The notes under the pieces: model-generated
The model's database searches: none
What the model was told of the DNA's origin: nothing
What the model saw: only the letters and a program-made list of their open reading frames with translations
Assembly: GCA_963555755.3 (NCBI GenBank)
Contig: OY820905.2
Location: forward strand, 928,001 to 992,000
Source of the DNA: Nitrospirales bacterium
Lineage (GTDB): Bacteria > Nitrospirota > Nitrospiria > Nitrospirales > UBA8639
Length of the DNA stretch: 64,000 nucleotides
Direction: 5' to 3'
Program-made: the position numbers and the translations under genes
Part shown: positions 46,143 to 55,350 of the stretch, one piece after another
Numbering within the stretch: position 1 is the first letter of the stretch
Layout of the letters: every line of letters starts with the position of its first letter

Positions 46143-47024
46143 ATGTACGAGTTGAAAGTTAAAACCCCCTCTTCCAACCTTGGAAGCACTCCTCTCCGCG
46201 ATTCCGTGCGCAACATCGATCATGCAATTCCCGACCAATTAGCTATTGAGGAACCCTTAGAAATCCGTTTGGAGTATTGGGCGAACAACGAGCCCCAGCG
46301 CAAAAGTGTGTCCATCACAATGCGGACACCGGGGAACGATGCGGAATTGGCCACAGGGTTTCTGTTTACCGAAGGCATTATCACGGGTTGGGACGATATC
46401 AAACAGGTGCGCCCGTGCGGACCTAACGTGGATGGTCAAGACTTTCACAATATCGTGCGAGTGGAAGTGCATCCCACGGTCGCCGTAAAGACCGATTCGA
46501 TGGATCGAAATTTTTACACGACTTCCAGTTGTGGAATTTGTGGAAAAACCTCTCTCGAAGCGCTCAAGATCCATAACCGCTATGGGAACAATATTCAAAA
46601 CCTGCCTCACTCCACCATCCCTCGAAAAGTGCTACTAGGTCTCACAGATCAAATGAAGGCTTGCCAACAGCTCTTCCAGGAAACCGGGGGGTGCCATGCC
46701 TCGGCGTTGTTTGACGAACAGGGCAATCTTCTTTGCTTGCGCGAGGATGTGGGGCGGCACAATGCGTTGGATAAAGTAATCGGATGGGCGCTGAGTCAGA
46801 GATACCTGCCCTTGCACAATCATATGGTTCTGGTGAGTGGACGAGCGAGTTTCGAGTTGATGCAAAAGGCATCGATGGGAGGTATTCCTCTATTGGCCTC
46901 GGTAGGCGCGCCCTCCACTCTTGCGCTTCAAGTTGCTGAAGATTTGAATATGACGCTCGTGGGTTTCTTAAACCAGAAACGGTTTACCATTTACCACGAT
47001 CCTGGAAGAATTCAGGATCGGTAG
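46143..47024 (+). CDS. fdhD: Formate dehydrogenase accessory sulfurtransferase
   Basis: EEPLEI, MRTPG, SSCGICG, REDVGRHNALDK motifs. Confidence 0.93.
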   Translation: MYELKVKTPSSNLGSTPLRDSVRNIDHAIPDQLAIEEPLEIRLEYWANNEPQRKSVSITMRTPGNDAELATGFLFTEGIITGWDDIKQVRPCGPNVDGQDFHNIVRVEVHPTVAVKTDSMDRNFYTTSSCGICGKTSLEALKIHNRYGNNIQNLPHSTIPRKVLLGLTDQMKACQQLFQETGGCHASALFDEQGNLLCLREDVGRHNALDKVIGWALSQRYLPLHNHMVLVSGRASFELMQKASMGGIPLLASVGAPSTLALQVAEDLNMTLVGFLNQKRFTIYHDPGRIQDR

Positions 47025-47046
47025 TAGTCCCAACAGGGGAACCATT

Positions 47047-49401
47047 ATGGACGAAAAACCCAACCAACCATCCGAACCGTCCAAGCCCTCATGGGAAGTT
47101 CCGATCGAAGATCCACATGCGCTGAAGGTTGAGGCCCCATCCACCTGGGCCGGGGGCATTCCAGCCATCATGACTTCGCTCTCACACACCACGCATGAAA
47201 TGGGTATCATCCGAGGCGGGAAAGCGCTGCTCAAGATCAATCAGAAAGGTGGATTTGATTGTCCGGGATGTGGCTGGCCCGATCCGGACGACGACCGCGC
47301 CATCACCGAGTTTTGCGAAAATGGCGTAAAGGCTGTTGCGCATGAAGCCACCACCAAAGTCATCACCAAAGATTTTTTTCAACACTGGTCTATTGAGGCC
47401 TTAGGCCAACAATCCGACTACTGGCTGGGCCAACAAGGGCGTCTCACCCACCCCATGGTCAAGGAGGCGGCCAGTACCCACTACCGTTCCATTTCATGGG
47501 AAGAGGCCTTCACCAAAATGGCCACCCACCTCAATGCGCTGGAGGACCCCAACGAAGCCATCTTTTATACCTCGGGTCGAACCAGCAACGAAGCCGCCTT
47601 CCTCTATCAACTTTTCGCGCGATTGTATGGGACCAACAATTTGCCCGACTCCTCCAACATGTGCCACGAGTCTAGCAGCGTGGCCATGAAAGAAGTCATT
47701 GGCATTGGCAAGGCCACAGTCACGCTCGACGATTTCCAACATGCCGATGCCATCTTTATCTTGGGACAGAATCCCGGCACTAATCACCCACGCATGCTGG
47801 CTACGCTGCAAAAAGCTGCACGGCGGGGTTGTCAAATTGTCAGCATTAATCCCCTGCCCGAAGCCGGCACCACGCGGTTTATCCATCCGCAAGAATTCAC
47901 CACCTGGTTAGGTCAGGGGACTCCACTGGCCACACTATTTCTTCAAGTCAAAATTAATGGAGACGTGGCATTGCTCCAGGGAATGATGAAAGAACTATTG
48001 GAACGAGAAGCTCAGCATCCCGGCACCATCCTCGACAAGACGTTCATCCAACAATACACCGACGGATTCGAGAACTTCGGCGCAGCCTTACAACACGTCT
48101 CGTGGGACGACATAGTTGAAGGCAGCGGCATCTCAAAAGAAGACATTCAAAAAGCCGTAGACATCGTCGTACAGGCCAAGAGCATCATCTGCACCTGGGC
48201 CATGGGCATGACCCAACATAAAAACGCCGTGGCCAATATGCAGGAGATCATCAATTTCCTTTTGTTGCGCGGGAACATCGGTAGAAAAGGCGCAGGAGCA
48301 TGTCCCGTTCGTGGACATAGTAATGTGCAGGGCGATCGCACGATGGGGATTACCGAAAACCCCGCGCCAGAATTTTTGAATCGTTTAGAACTGGTCTTTG
48401 ACTTTCAGCCACCCACACAGCGCGGACATGACGCGGTGCGAGGCATCAAGGCCATGCACGAAGGACGTGCTAAAGTCTTCATCGCGCTCGGCGGTAATTT
48501 TCTATCGGCCACCCCGGATACTAGTTACACCGCCGAGGCCATATCGCGTTGCCGGTTAACAGTGCACATCTCCACCAAACTCAACCGTGCGCACCTAGTC
48601 ACAGGCAACGAAGCACTCATCCTGCCGGCCTTGGGACGAACCGATCAAGATCGCCAAGCCGGGCACCTCCAATATGTCACTACCGAAAACACCATGGGCG
48701 TGGTCCAAACCTCACAAGGGCAACTCGAACCCGTCTCTCCCGACATCAAAAGTGAAGTGAACATTGTGGGGAACCTGGCCAAGGCCACCTTCGCACATCG
48801 AGAAGAAGCGGGGCGGCACATCAACTGGGACACACTCATGGAAAACTATGATGAGATTCGACACCTCATCAACCAGGTGATTCCCGGGTTTGAAAACTAT
48901 ACGGCACGCGTTCAAAAGCCCGGAGGCTTTTACCTCTTCAATCCAGTCCGGGATGCCCGGCGATTTCCTACTTCGACGGGCAAAGCCAATTTCACCGTGC
49001 ATCCGTTGCCCAGAATTCCACTCCAGCCCGGGCAATTGCTCATGATGACTATTCGAAGTCACGATCAATACAACACCACCATTTACGGGTTGGATGATCG
49101 ATACCGTGGAGTGAAATCGGGCCGACGCGTCGTGTTCATGAATCAGACCGATATGGATGACCGAGGATTAGCCAAAGGTGACCCTGTAGACCTTGTCAGC
49201 CATTACCAGGGTCAAACGCGAAAAGCCGAACAATTTACAGTGATCCCCTACCCCATTCCCCGCACCTGTGTCGCCACCTATTTCCCCGAAGCCAACGTGC
49301 TCATCCCCATCGACAGCGTAGCCGACAAAAGCAACACCCCCACCTCCAAATCCGTCGTCGTCACCATCCATCCCTCTTCTACTCATTCCCGACATCCTTA
49401 A
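47047..49401 (+). CDS. FdhF/YdeP-family molybdopterin oxidoreductase
   Basis: GFDCPGCGWP, FCENG, YTSGR, SNMCHE, RGHSNVQG, RSHDQYNTTIYG motifs. Confidence 0.92.
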   Translation: MDEKPNQPSEPSKPSWEVPIEDPHALKVEAPSTWAGGIPAIMTSLSHTTHEMGIIRGGKALLKINQKGGFDCPGCGWPDPDDDRAITEFCENGVKAVAHEATTKVITKDFFQHWSIEALGQQSDYWLGQQGRLTHPMVKEAASTHYRSISWEEAFTKMATHLNALEDPNEAIFYTSGRTSNEAAFLYQLFARLYGTNNLPDSSNMCHESSSVAMKEVIGIGKATVTLDDFQHADAIFILGQNPGTNHPRMLATLQKAARRGCQIVSINPLPEAGTTRFIHPQEFTTWLGQGTPLATLFLQVKINGDVALLQGMMKELLEREAQHPGTILDKTFIQQYTDGFENFGAALQHVSWDDIVEGSGISKEDIQKAVDIVVQAKSIICTWAMGMTQHKNAVANMQEIINFLLLRGNIGRKGAGACPVRGHSNVQGDRTMGITENPAPEFLNRLELVFDFQPPTQRGHDAVRGIKAMHEGRAKVFIALGGNFLSATPDTSYTAEAISRCRLTVHISTKLNRAHLVTGNEALILPALGRTDQDRQAGHLQYVTTENTMGVVQTSQGQLEPVSPDIKSEVNIVGNLAKATFAHREEAGRHINWDTLMENYDEIRHLINQVIPGFENYTARVQKPGGFYLFNPVRDARRFPTSTGKANFTVHPLPRIPLQPGQLLMMTIRSHDQYNTTIYGLDDRYRGVKSGRRVVFMNQTDMDDRGLAKGDPVDLVSHYQGQTRKAEQFTVIPYPIPRTCVATYFPEANVLIPIDSVADKSNTPTSKSVVVTIHPSSTHSRHP

Positions 49402-49413
49402 TCGGGAATCTAT
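49383..49413. repeat. REP-like palindrome TCATTCCCG-N-CGGGAATC
   Basis: Related copies near 43927 (inverted), 45860, 50294, 53471 and 55135. Confidence 0.75.
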
Positions 49414-49547
49414 CTTCAACAGCCTGCCTTTTGTAAAATGGACAGTGCCAATTAAATACAAAATTCTATCTATACATTTTTCGAGGGTTTGGGTAGCATG
49501 GAAGTGAAGAAAACCAGGCAAGGAACACAGTTGGAAAGGAGCCGAAC

Positions 49548-49754
49548 ATGTCAGAAATAATTTTTTTGGTAGAAGAAGCACCAGAGGGAGGATACACGGC
49601 ACGAGCCTTAGGGGAATCTATTTTCACAGAAGCCGATACGTTTGCTGAACTCCACGACAAAGTTCGCGACGCGGTACGGTGTCATTTTGAAGAGAATAAC
49701 GTTCCCAAATTGATAAGGCTTCATCATGTCAAAGAAGAAGTCATTGCTGTATGA
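49548..49754 (+). CDS. HicB-like antitoxin
   Basis: EEAPEGGYTARA...IFTEADT..EL...VRDAV; coupled to HicA. Confidence 0.8.
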   Translation: MSEIIFLVEEAPEGGYTARALGESIFTEADTFAELHDKVRDAVRCHFEENNVPKLIRLHHVKEEVIAV

Positions 49755-49999
49755 GATTACCTCGTGACCTTTCGAGTGAAGAATTATTCCAAACCCTCAA
49801 AAGCTTGGGATATCGGATCACTCGACAGACCGGCAGCCACATCCGGTTAACGACTGACCAACATGGTGAACGTCACATCACTATTCCTCAGCACAACCCT
49901 CTCCGAATAGGCACCTTATCCACAATCTTGAATGATATTGCAGATCACTTTGAAATGAGCCGTGAGGCATTAGCCAAAAAACTTTTTGAAAAAAAATGA
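49751..49999 (+). CDS. hicA: HicA-family toxin
   Basis: GY...RQTGSHIRL, IPQHNPLRIGTL motifs. Confidence 0.9.
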   Translation: MRLPRDLSSEELFQTLKSLGYRITRQTGSHIRLTTDQHGERHITIPQHNPLRIGTLSTILNDIADHFEMSREALAKKLFEKK

Positions 50000-50069
50000 T
50001 TATAATGATGATGGCCTCATCAGGACATTATAACTTTATCACCCCCTACCGTGACTTTTGTGATGTTCT

Positions 50070-50285
50070 GCCAAAGGCGACCTCGTAGACCTCGTCAGCC
50101 ATCACCAAGGCCGCACGCGAAAAGCCGAACAATTTACAGTGATCCCCTACCCCATTCCCCGCACCTGCGTCGCCACCTATTTCCCCGAAGCCAACATACT
50201 CATCCCCATCGACAGCGTAGCCGACAAAAGCAACACCCCCACCTCAAAATCCATCGTCGTCACAATCCATCGCGCTAAAAATTAA
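50070..50285 (+). pseudogene. Orphan copy of the FdhF/YdeP gene 3' end (copy 2)
   Basis: Aligns with 49171-49375; frame intact; no start codon. Confidence 0.9.
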
Positions 50286-50557
50286 ACTTCTCGGTCATTC
50301 CCGACATCCTTAATCGGGAATCCATATTCATTCCTCCGTCCTCTAAAACCTACTCCGGTGAAAACGTTCCGTTGGACCGGTGACATTTCGTTGCAAAATT
50401 CTGCCCGCAAACTTCACCAAAGCAGTTAATGCATAAACACTCCTACGCCACGTTTCCAAAAACAGAATGAGTACGGGCTGCACACCAGCGGGCGAGGATG
50501 CTATGATAACGCGGCTCGACACGCCACATCTCTATACCCACATGCTGAGAGGAAACT

Positions 50558-50968
50558 ATGGCCACAAATCTAACACGCATTCTTATTGGAATCCCTTTTG
50601 GTCTCATGCTCTTCGTAGGAGCTGGACTTGCGGCAGAACCGGCTGAAGTGGAGAAGTTCGTAAACGCTCGCATTGAGATCGGCGAGATGATGACCGATTA
50701 TTTTTCTGGCGGAAGACAATTCGGGAGTGGACAACGACCCGCACCCGACCAAATGAAAAAAATGGGAGAGGATATCAACGCAAAACTCAGCACGCTTTTG
50801 GCAACACATGACCTGACGATCGAAGAGTATCGCCAACGCAGCCATGAGGTGTTCGCCGACGACGCGGCGGTGAAGGGCTATCTCAGCCAGCATCCCGATC
50901 TAAAGGAAAGATATGAGGCGCTTCCGTTCTCACGGATGGGACGCGGCGGCAGCGGGCGAGGATATTGA
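50558..50968 (+). CDS. Hypothetical exported protein
   Basis: Signal peptide; helical body. Confidence 0.65.
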   Translation: MATNLTRILIGIPFGLMLFVGAGLAAEPAEVEKFVNARIEIGEMMTDYFSGGRQFGSGQRPAPDQMKKMGEDINAKLSTLLATHDLTIEEYRQRSHEVFADDAAVKGYLSQHPDLKERYEALPFSRMGRGGSGRGY

Positions 50969-51012
50969 ACCGGAAGCGATAAAAAAAGCAGGAATGAGCC
51001 AGACTTGGACCA

Positions 51013-51690
51013 ATGAAGTATCGCTTACAAAAGACAGACAAGCACTGGCAATTGATCGATCAAGATGAGCCAGACATTGCGCCAGTTTTTATAGATTTTG
51101 TGTCCGGAAAAACCGCCTATCGAAGAAAGTATGGCCATGCGGGGGGCGAAGCCATCAGCAAGGCGATCGGCATAAAAAAAGGCAATCGCCCGAATGTAGT
51201 CGATGCCACCGCCGGTTGGGGGCGAGATGCCTTTGTACTAGCCACCATGGGCTGTCGCGTCCATATGATCGAACGATCGAAAGTCATTGCCACACTCCTT
51301 GAAGATGGCTTACGTCGTGCAGAGCAAGATGAAAAAATTGGCCCGTTGATAAAAGAAAAGATATCTCTCACCTGCGGGGAGAGTCACCAAGAATTACGCA
51401 ACATCCCATTTGAGCCTGAAGTCATTTATCTCGACCCCATGTATCCCCACAAAAAAAAATCCGCGTTAGTGAAGAAGGAGATGAGAATACTACAAGAAGT
51501 CGTGGGGCAAGACGATGACGCCGATGTGTTACTGAAAGTCGCACTGACCATTGCCACCAATCGTGTAGTCGTCAAACACCCGGACTATGCGGGCTTTCTT
51601 GGCGAGCTCAAACCAACCACCTCGATCAAAACAAAAAAACACCGATTTGATATTTATCTCATCAATGCCGAGGAGGCTGTCCGAGATTAG
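51013..51690 (+). CDS. rsmJ: 16S rRNA m2G1516 methyltransferase RsmJ-like
   Basis: IDFVSG, VDATAGWGRDAF, YLDPMYP, KSALVKKEM, HRFDIY motifs. Confidence 0.88.
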   Translation: MKYRLQKTDKHWQLIDQDEPDIAPVFIDFVSGKTAYRRKYGHAGGEAISKAIGIKKGNRPNVVDATAGWGRDAFVLATMGCRVHMIERSKVIATLLEDGLRRAEQDEKIGPLIKEKISLTCGESHQELRNIPFEPEVIYLDPMYPHKKKSALVKKEMRILQEVVGQDDDADVLLKVALTIATNRVVVKHPDYAGFLGELKPTTSIKTKKHRFDIYLINAEEAVRD

Positions 51691-51941
51691 TGATCGTTAC
51701 GAGTTTTGGTATTCAGCTTTCTTTTTTTCCTTTCAGACAACGGAGCCCGCGGATTGCCCCGGCTCCTTCTTTGGCACTTTTCTGATTCCCCAAAAACCCT
51801 GTATAAAATTCCCATTCACGACTGATTTAATGTTAATGTTGTATCTTAGAACGTTGAATGAAGGATCATGGTGCGCCTCATTGTAACCGTGTTGGAAAAT
51901 TGTCGATATTTTTTTTAAAAGCAGGTCTTCTCAACAATAAA

Positions 51942-52155
51942 GGGTCTGTTGAATATTTCATGCCAAGAGCCCACAAATGCCCCAGGACAGAAGACCAACA
52001 TCACGGAGAGGGAATGTTCAAAAAAGCATGCCCTGAGTCTTTCCGAAGGGTCCGTCCAGCAAGGCCGCAGCCCTTTTGACGCGCGGAGCGTACTCATAGT
52101 ACGTGAGCACGGCAAAAGGGCGAGAACGCCGCTGGCGGCTTTTTTCAACATTCCC
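51942..52155. mobile_element. Composite MITE family C (214 bp)
   Basis: Same layout as 10105-10318; 5-bp TSD ATAAA. Confidence 0.8.
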
Positions 52156-52173
52156 ATAAAGGTTTAAACATCC

Positions 52174-52578
52174 ATGCCCACACTTTCCAGAGTCATGAGC
52201 CGGTATCTCCAAAAAACTCAGGCTCAAACATCAGTCGTTGAGGTAGCACAAAAATTTCGTGATCATCGAGTAGGCGCACTACTCGTAGAATGGAATGGAG
52301 AAATTGTCGGAATAGTGACCGAATGGGATATCATTGGAAAAGTGGTGGCTCACGGAAAGGATTTCGCGACGACCACCGCAAAGGATGTGATGACCTCCCC
52401 TACCCATAGTATCGAGGTAACCAACAGCCTTCAGAATGCCCTCGAAATAATGAAAGATCTTGGGGTCCGTCATCTGGTTGTCCGTGAAGCAGGGAAAGTG
52501 ATCGGGATAGTCACCCTGCGTGACCTATTAGTGTACTTCGGTTGGTTTTACGAACAAAAAACTGCCCAAACTGGTTGA
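52174..52578 (+). CDS. CBS-domain protein
   Basis: Tandem CBS motifs GIVTEWDI and GIVTLRDL. Confidence 0.9.
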   Translation: MPTLSRVMSRYLQKTQAQTSVVEVAQKFRDHRVGALLVEWNGEIVGIVTEWDIIGKVVAHGKDFATTTAKDVMTSPTHSIEVTNSLQNALEIMKDLGVRHLVVREAGKVIGIVTLRDLLVYFGWFYEQKTAQTG

Positions 52579-52786
52579 TCTTTCCTCGCTATAATTAGTT
52601 GGAGGGTCAGGACTTATTTCATGCATGTAATTCCAGCGGAAATCTATCTCGGCATGAAGAGCGTACAATTTTAATCAATAAATTAATAAATAGGTTTGAC
52701 CCCTTTTTTGACCCCTTTTTCAGGAGCATTCATTGAAGTTCCTCTTCCTTGATTCTCTAGGCAAGAAAAATTGAAATAAAAGAATC

Positions 52787-53299
52787 ATGGACAAAGTCGC
52801 CATATTTGCAGACGTGCAGAACCTGTATTACACGGTGAAGCAACAGTATCAGTGCCATTTTGATTACGGAGCATTTTTGGAACATGCGACGGCAGGCAGA
52901 AATCTCGTCAAGGCCATCGCGTACGCGACAGACAAAGGGGACCGAAAACAAAAAGACTTTCAGCAGATCCTGGAGAGGATGGGATTTGAAATAAAACTCA
53001 CACCGTTTCTCCAAAGGCGTGATGGCTCCGCCAAGGGTGACTGGGACGTCGGGATTGCGCTGGACATGGTCGAGTACGCCAAACAGGTGGACACAATCGT
53101 TCTGGCATCAGGGGATGGGGACTTTACCGCAGTCGTGGACAAGATCAGACAGGAGCACAAGTTGGCGGTGGAAATCTACGGCGTACCGGACCTGACGGCT
53201 TCCTCATTGATCGAAGCGGCAACACGCTTTGTGCCCATTCAAGGGAACCTTTTGTTGTCGATTCCGACAACCTGGGGGCCTACCCTAAGGAGACAATAG
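52787..53299 (+). CDS. NYN (LabA/DUF88) domain protein
   Basis: FADVQNLYY, KGDWDVGI, SGDGDF motifs. Confidence 0.9.
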   Translation: MDKVAIFADVQNLYYTVKQQYQCHFDYGAFLEHATAGRNLVKAIAYATDKGDRKQKDFQQILERMGFEIKLTPFLQRRDGSAKGDWDVGIALDMVEYAKQVDTIVLASGDGDFTAVVDKIRQEHKLAVEIYGVPDLTASSLIEAATRFVPIQGNLLLSIPTTWGPTLRRQ

Positions 53300-53490
53300 G
53301 GCACACCCGCAAAGCCGAACAATTCACCGTGATCCCTTACCCGATTCCCCGTACTTGTGTCGCCACCTACTTCCCCGAAGCCAACGTCCTCGTCCCCATC
53401 GACACCGTCGCCGACCAAATCAACACCCCCGCTTCAAAATCCGTCGTCGTCACCGTCCATCCCGCTACTAGTCATTCCCGACATTTGTAA
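53299..53490 (+). pseudogene. Orphan copy of the FdhF/YdeP gene 3' end (copy 3)
   Basis: Encodes GHTRKAEQFTVIPYPIPRTCVATYFPEAN...HSRHL*; mostly synonymous differences. Confidence 0.9.
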
Positions 53491-53585
53491 TCGGGAATCT
53501 ATCCTTCCCTTTTTTCGGGCCTTTCTTTTTGTCTAGGGGTTGGTTAGCATGCGTGCGCAGTTCCAAAGCGTACACATAGTAGGCA

Positions 53586-54116
53586 ATGGCAAATACAAAG
53601 CAGAACAAAATCATGATTCTTGCTGGGCCGAATGGCGCTGGCAAAACAACATTTGCGCGGGAGTTTCTTCCCAAAGAAGCCGAATGCCCACGATTTATCA
53701 ATGTGGATCTCATTGCGGCCGGACTCTCTCCCTTCAAACCAGACGTAGCCGCATTTCAGGCTGGCCGGCTCATGGTTCAAGAGATGGCAACACTCGTGCG
53801 TCGTCGCGAAAGTTTCGCGTTTGAAACCACGTTAAGTGGATTGCGGTATGCTCTACTCATTCCGCAATGGAGGAAGAAGGGGTATTTTATCAAGCTCATT
53901 TTCCTCCAACTTCCTAACCCGGAAATGGCCATAGCGCGTGTGACAGCCCGAGTGACACAAGGGGGACATGCAGTAACGAAGGAAGTCATCCAAAGAAGAT
54001 TTATGGCAGAATGGCGAAACTTCCAACACACATATAAACCCCTTTTCGATGCATGGATTCTATATGATAATGCAGGAGATGTCCCAAGATATGTGGACTC
54101 AGGAGGGAAAAGTTAA
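53586..54116 (+). CDS. Zeta-toxin-like P-loop protein
   Basis: AGPNGAGKTT, SFAFETTLSG, RVTQGGH, YDN motifs. Confidence 0.85.
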   Translation: MANTKQNKIMILAGPNGAGKTTFAREFLPKEAECPRFINVDLIAAGLSPFKPDVAAFQAGRLMVQEMATLVRRRESFAFETTLSGLRYALLIPQWRKKGYFIKLIFLQLPNPEMAIARVTARVTQGGHAVTKEVIQRRFMAEWRNFQHTYKPLFDAWILYDNAGDVPRYVDSGGKS

Positions 54117-54373
54117 TGGCCAATAAACGGACGTCAATCAAAGACCCAGATCTTGCCAAAGTTGGAGTCGCGCTAAAGCGTGCCGCGTTAAAGGCCAGGC
54201 AATTAGGATTTGCCACGAACACCCCAGTGTACGTCTTTCGAGAGGGGAAAATTATCGATATCGTGGCAGAACACCGAGCGACACAATTACCTAAAAAGGC
54301 AAATACGAAAGGTTCAGGAACACAAAGGCAACGCCTTGGCCAAAAAACCGCAACCATAAAAAACAAGCGATAA
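54116..54373 (+). CDS. Small basic partner protein of the zeta-like gene
   Basis: Translationally coupled (TAATG); AL.RAA.KAR...TPVYV.REGKI. Confidence 0.65.
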   Translation: MANKRTSIKDPDLAKVGVALKRAALKARQLGFATNTPVYVFREGKIIDIVAEHRATQLPKKANTKGSGTQRQRLGQKTATIKNKR

Positions 54374-54407
54374 CAGGGGGTGTCTCGAAAAAGGGTTAGA
54401 AAGAGAC

Positions 54408-55097
54408 ATGATAAGGAACCACGATCTTTACCCAAGAAGAGGGCCGGCACCCACACAGCTTCCGGTTAAACTCACCACGCCATTAATAATTCTATGTCTC
54501 GCGATCATATTCCTCGTAGGGATCACGACCTGCACAGACATCAAACGATGGGCCTACGAAGGGTTTGACCGCGATGAATGGCAACACCCAGAGGAAGTCA
54601 TTAAGGCCCTGAAGATCCAGGCAGGAGACCAGGTCGCAGACCTCGGGGCGGGAAGTGGCTATTTTACGTTTCGATTGGCGGATGCTGTGGGACCCACCGG
54701 AAACGTATACGCCGTGGATATCGATGCGGAGATGAATGCCTACCTCGCCCAACGAGTACAGGACAAAGGATACCAGAACATTGAGGTCGTACTGGCGCGC
54801 CCGAACAACCCCGGCTTGCCGGACAACAGCATCGACCTCATTTTCTCAAGTAATACCTATCATCACCTCGAAGAAAGGGTAACGTACTTTGCCAACATCC
54901 GACAAGACCTTCAGCCCGATGGGAGCATTGCCATCATCGACTTCACTGGTGAGGGATGGTTCCAGCAACTTTTTGGCCACTACACCCCAAGCAAAATTAT
55001 CCAACGCGAATTACAAGAAGCGGGGTACACCCTCGAAGCAAAATTGGAATTTCTCCCAAAACAGGTGTTTCTTATTTTTATAAGAAATCGGCCGTAA
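54408..55097 (+). CDS. Class I SAM-dependent methyltransferase
   Basis: RDEWQHPE, VADLGAGSGYF, VYAVDI motifs. Confidence 0.88.
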   Translation: MIRNHDLYPRRGPAPTQLPVKLTTPLIILCLAIIFLVGITTCTDIKRWAYEGFDRDEWQHPEEVIKALKIQAGDQVADLGAGSGYFTFRLADAVGPTGNVYAVDIDAEMNAYLAQRVQDKGYQNIEVVLARPNNPGLPDNSIDLIFSSNTYHHLEERVTYFANIRQDLQPDGSIAIIDFTGEGWFQQLFGHYTPSKIIQRELQEAGYTLEAKLEFLPKQVFLIFIRNRP

Positions 55098-55350
55098 GAA
55101 CTCGACCCACGCGAACTTCACACTTACTTAATTTGTCATTCCCGACATTTTTAATCGGGAATCCATCTTTTCTTTAACCCCTTTCAATTCTCCCTATTTT
55201 TAAGTACATTCATATCCTAATGATAAATAAACCATAACAGCGGGCTCCCACCCATTTGAAGGCACGCCATGTTTTCAAACCCTCACCCCCGAAAATTCGA
55301 AACATGTTTCCCAAATTCAAAATTTAAATGTGGCATTGCAAGACCTGACC

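Noticed and set aside
47047..49401. Selenocysteine formate dehydrogenase
   Set aside because: No in-frame TGA; the NMCHE motif has Cys and the sequence fits the YdeP-like subfamily, so the substrate is not assigned
49171..53490. Diversity-generating retroelement (template and variable repeats)
   Set aside because: Differences between the repeats are mostly synonymous changes, many C/T, not adenine-specific, and no reverse transcriptase is present
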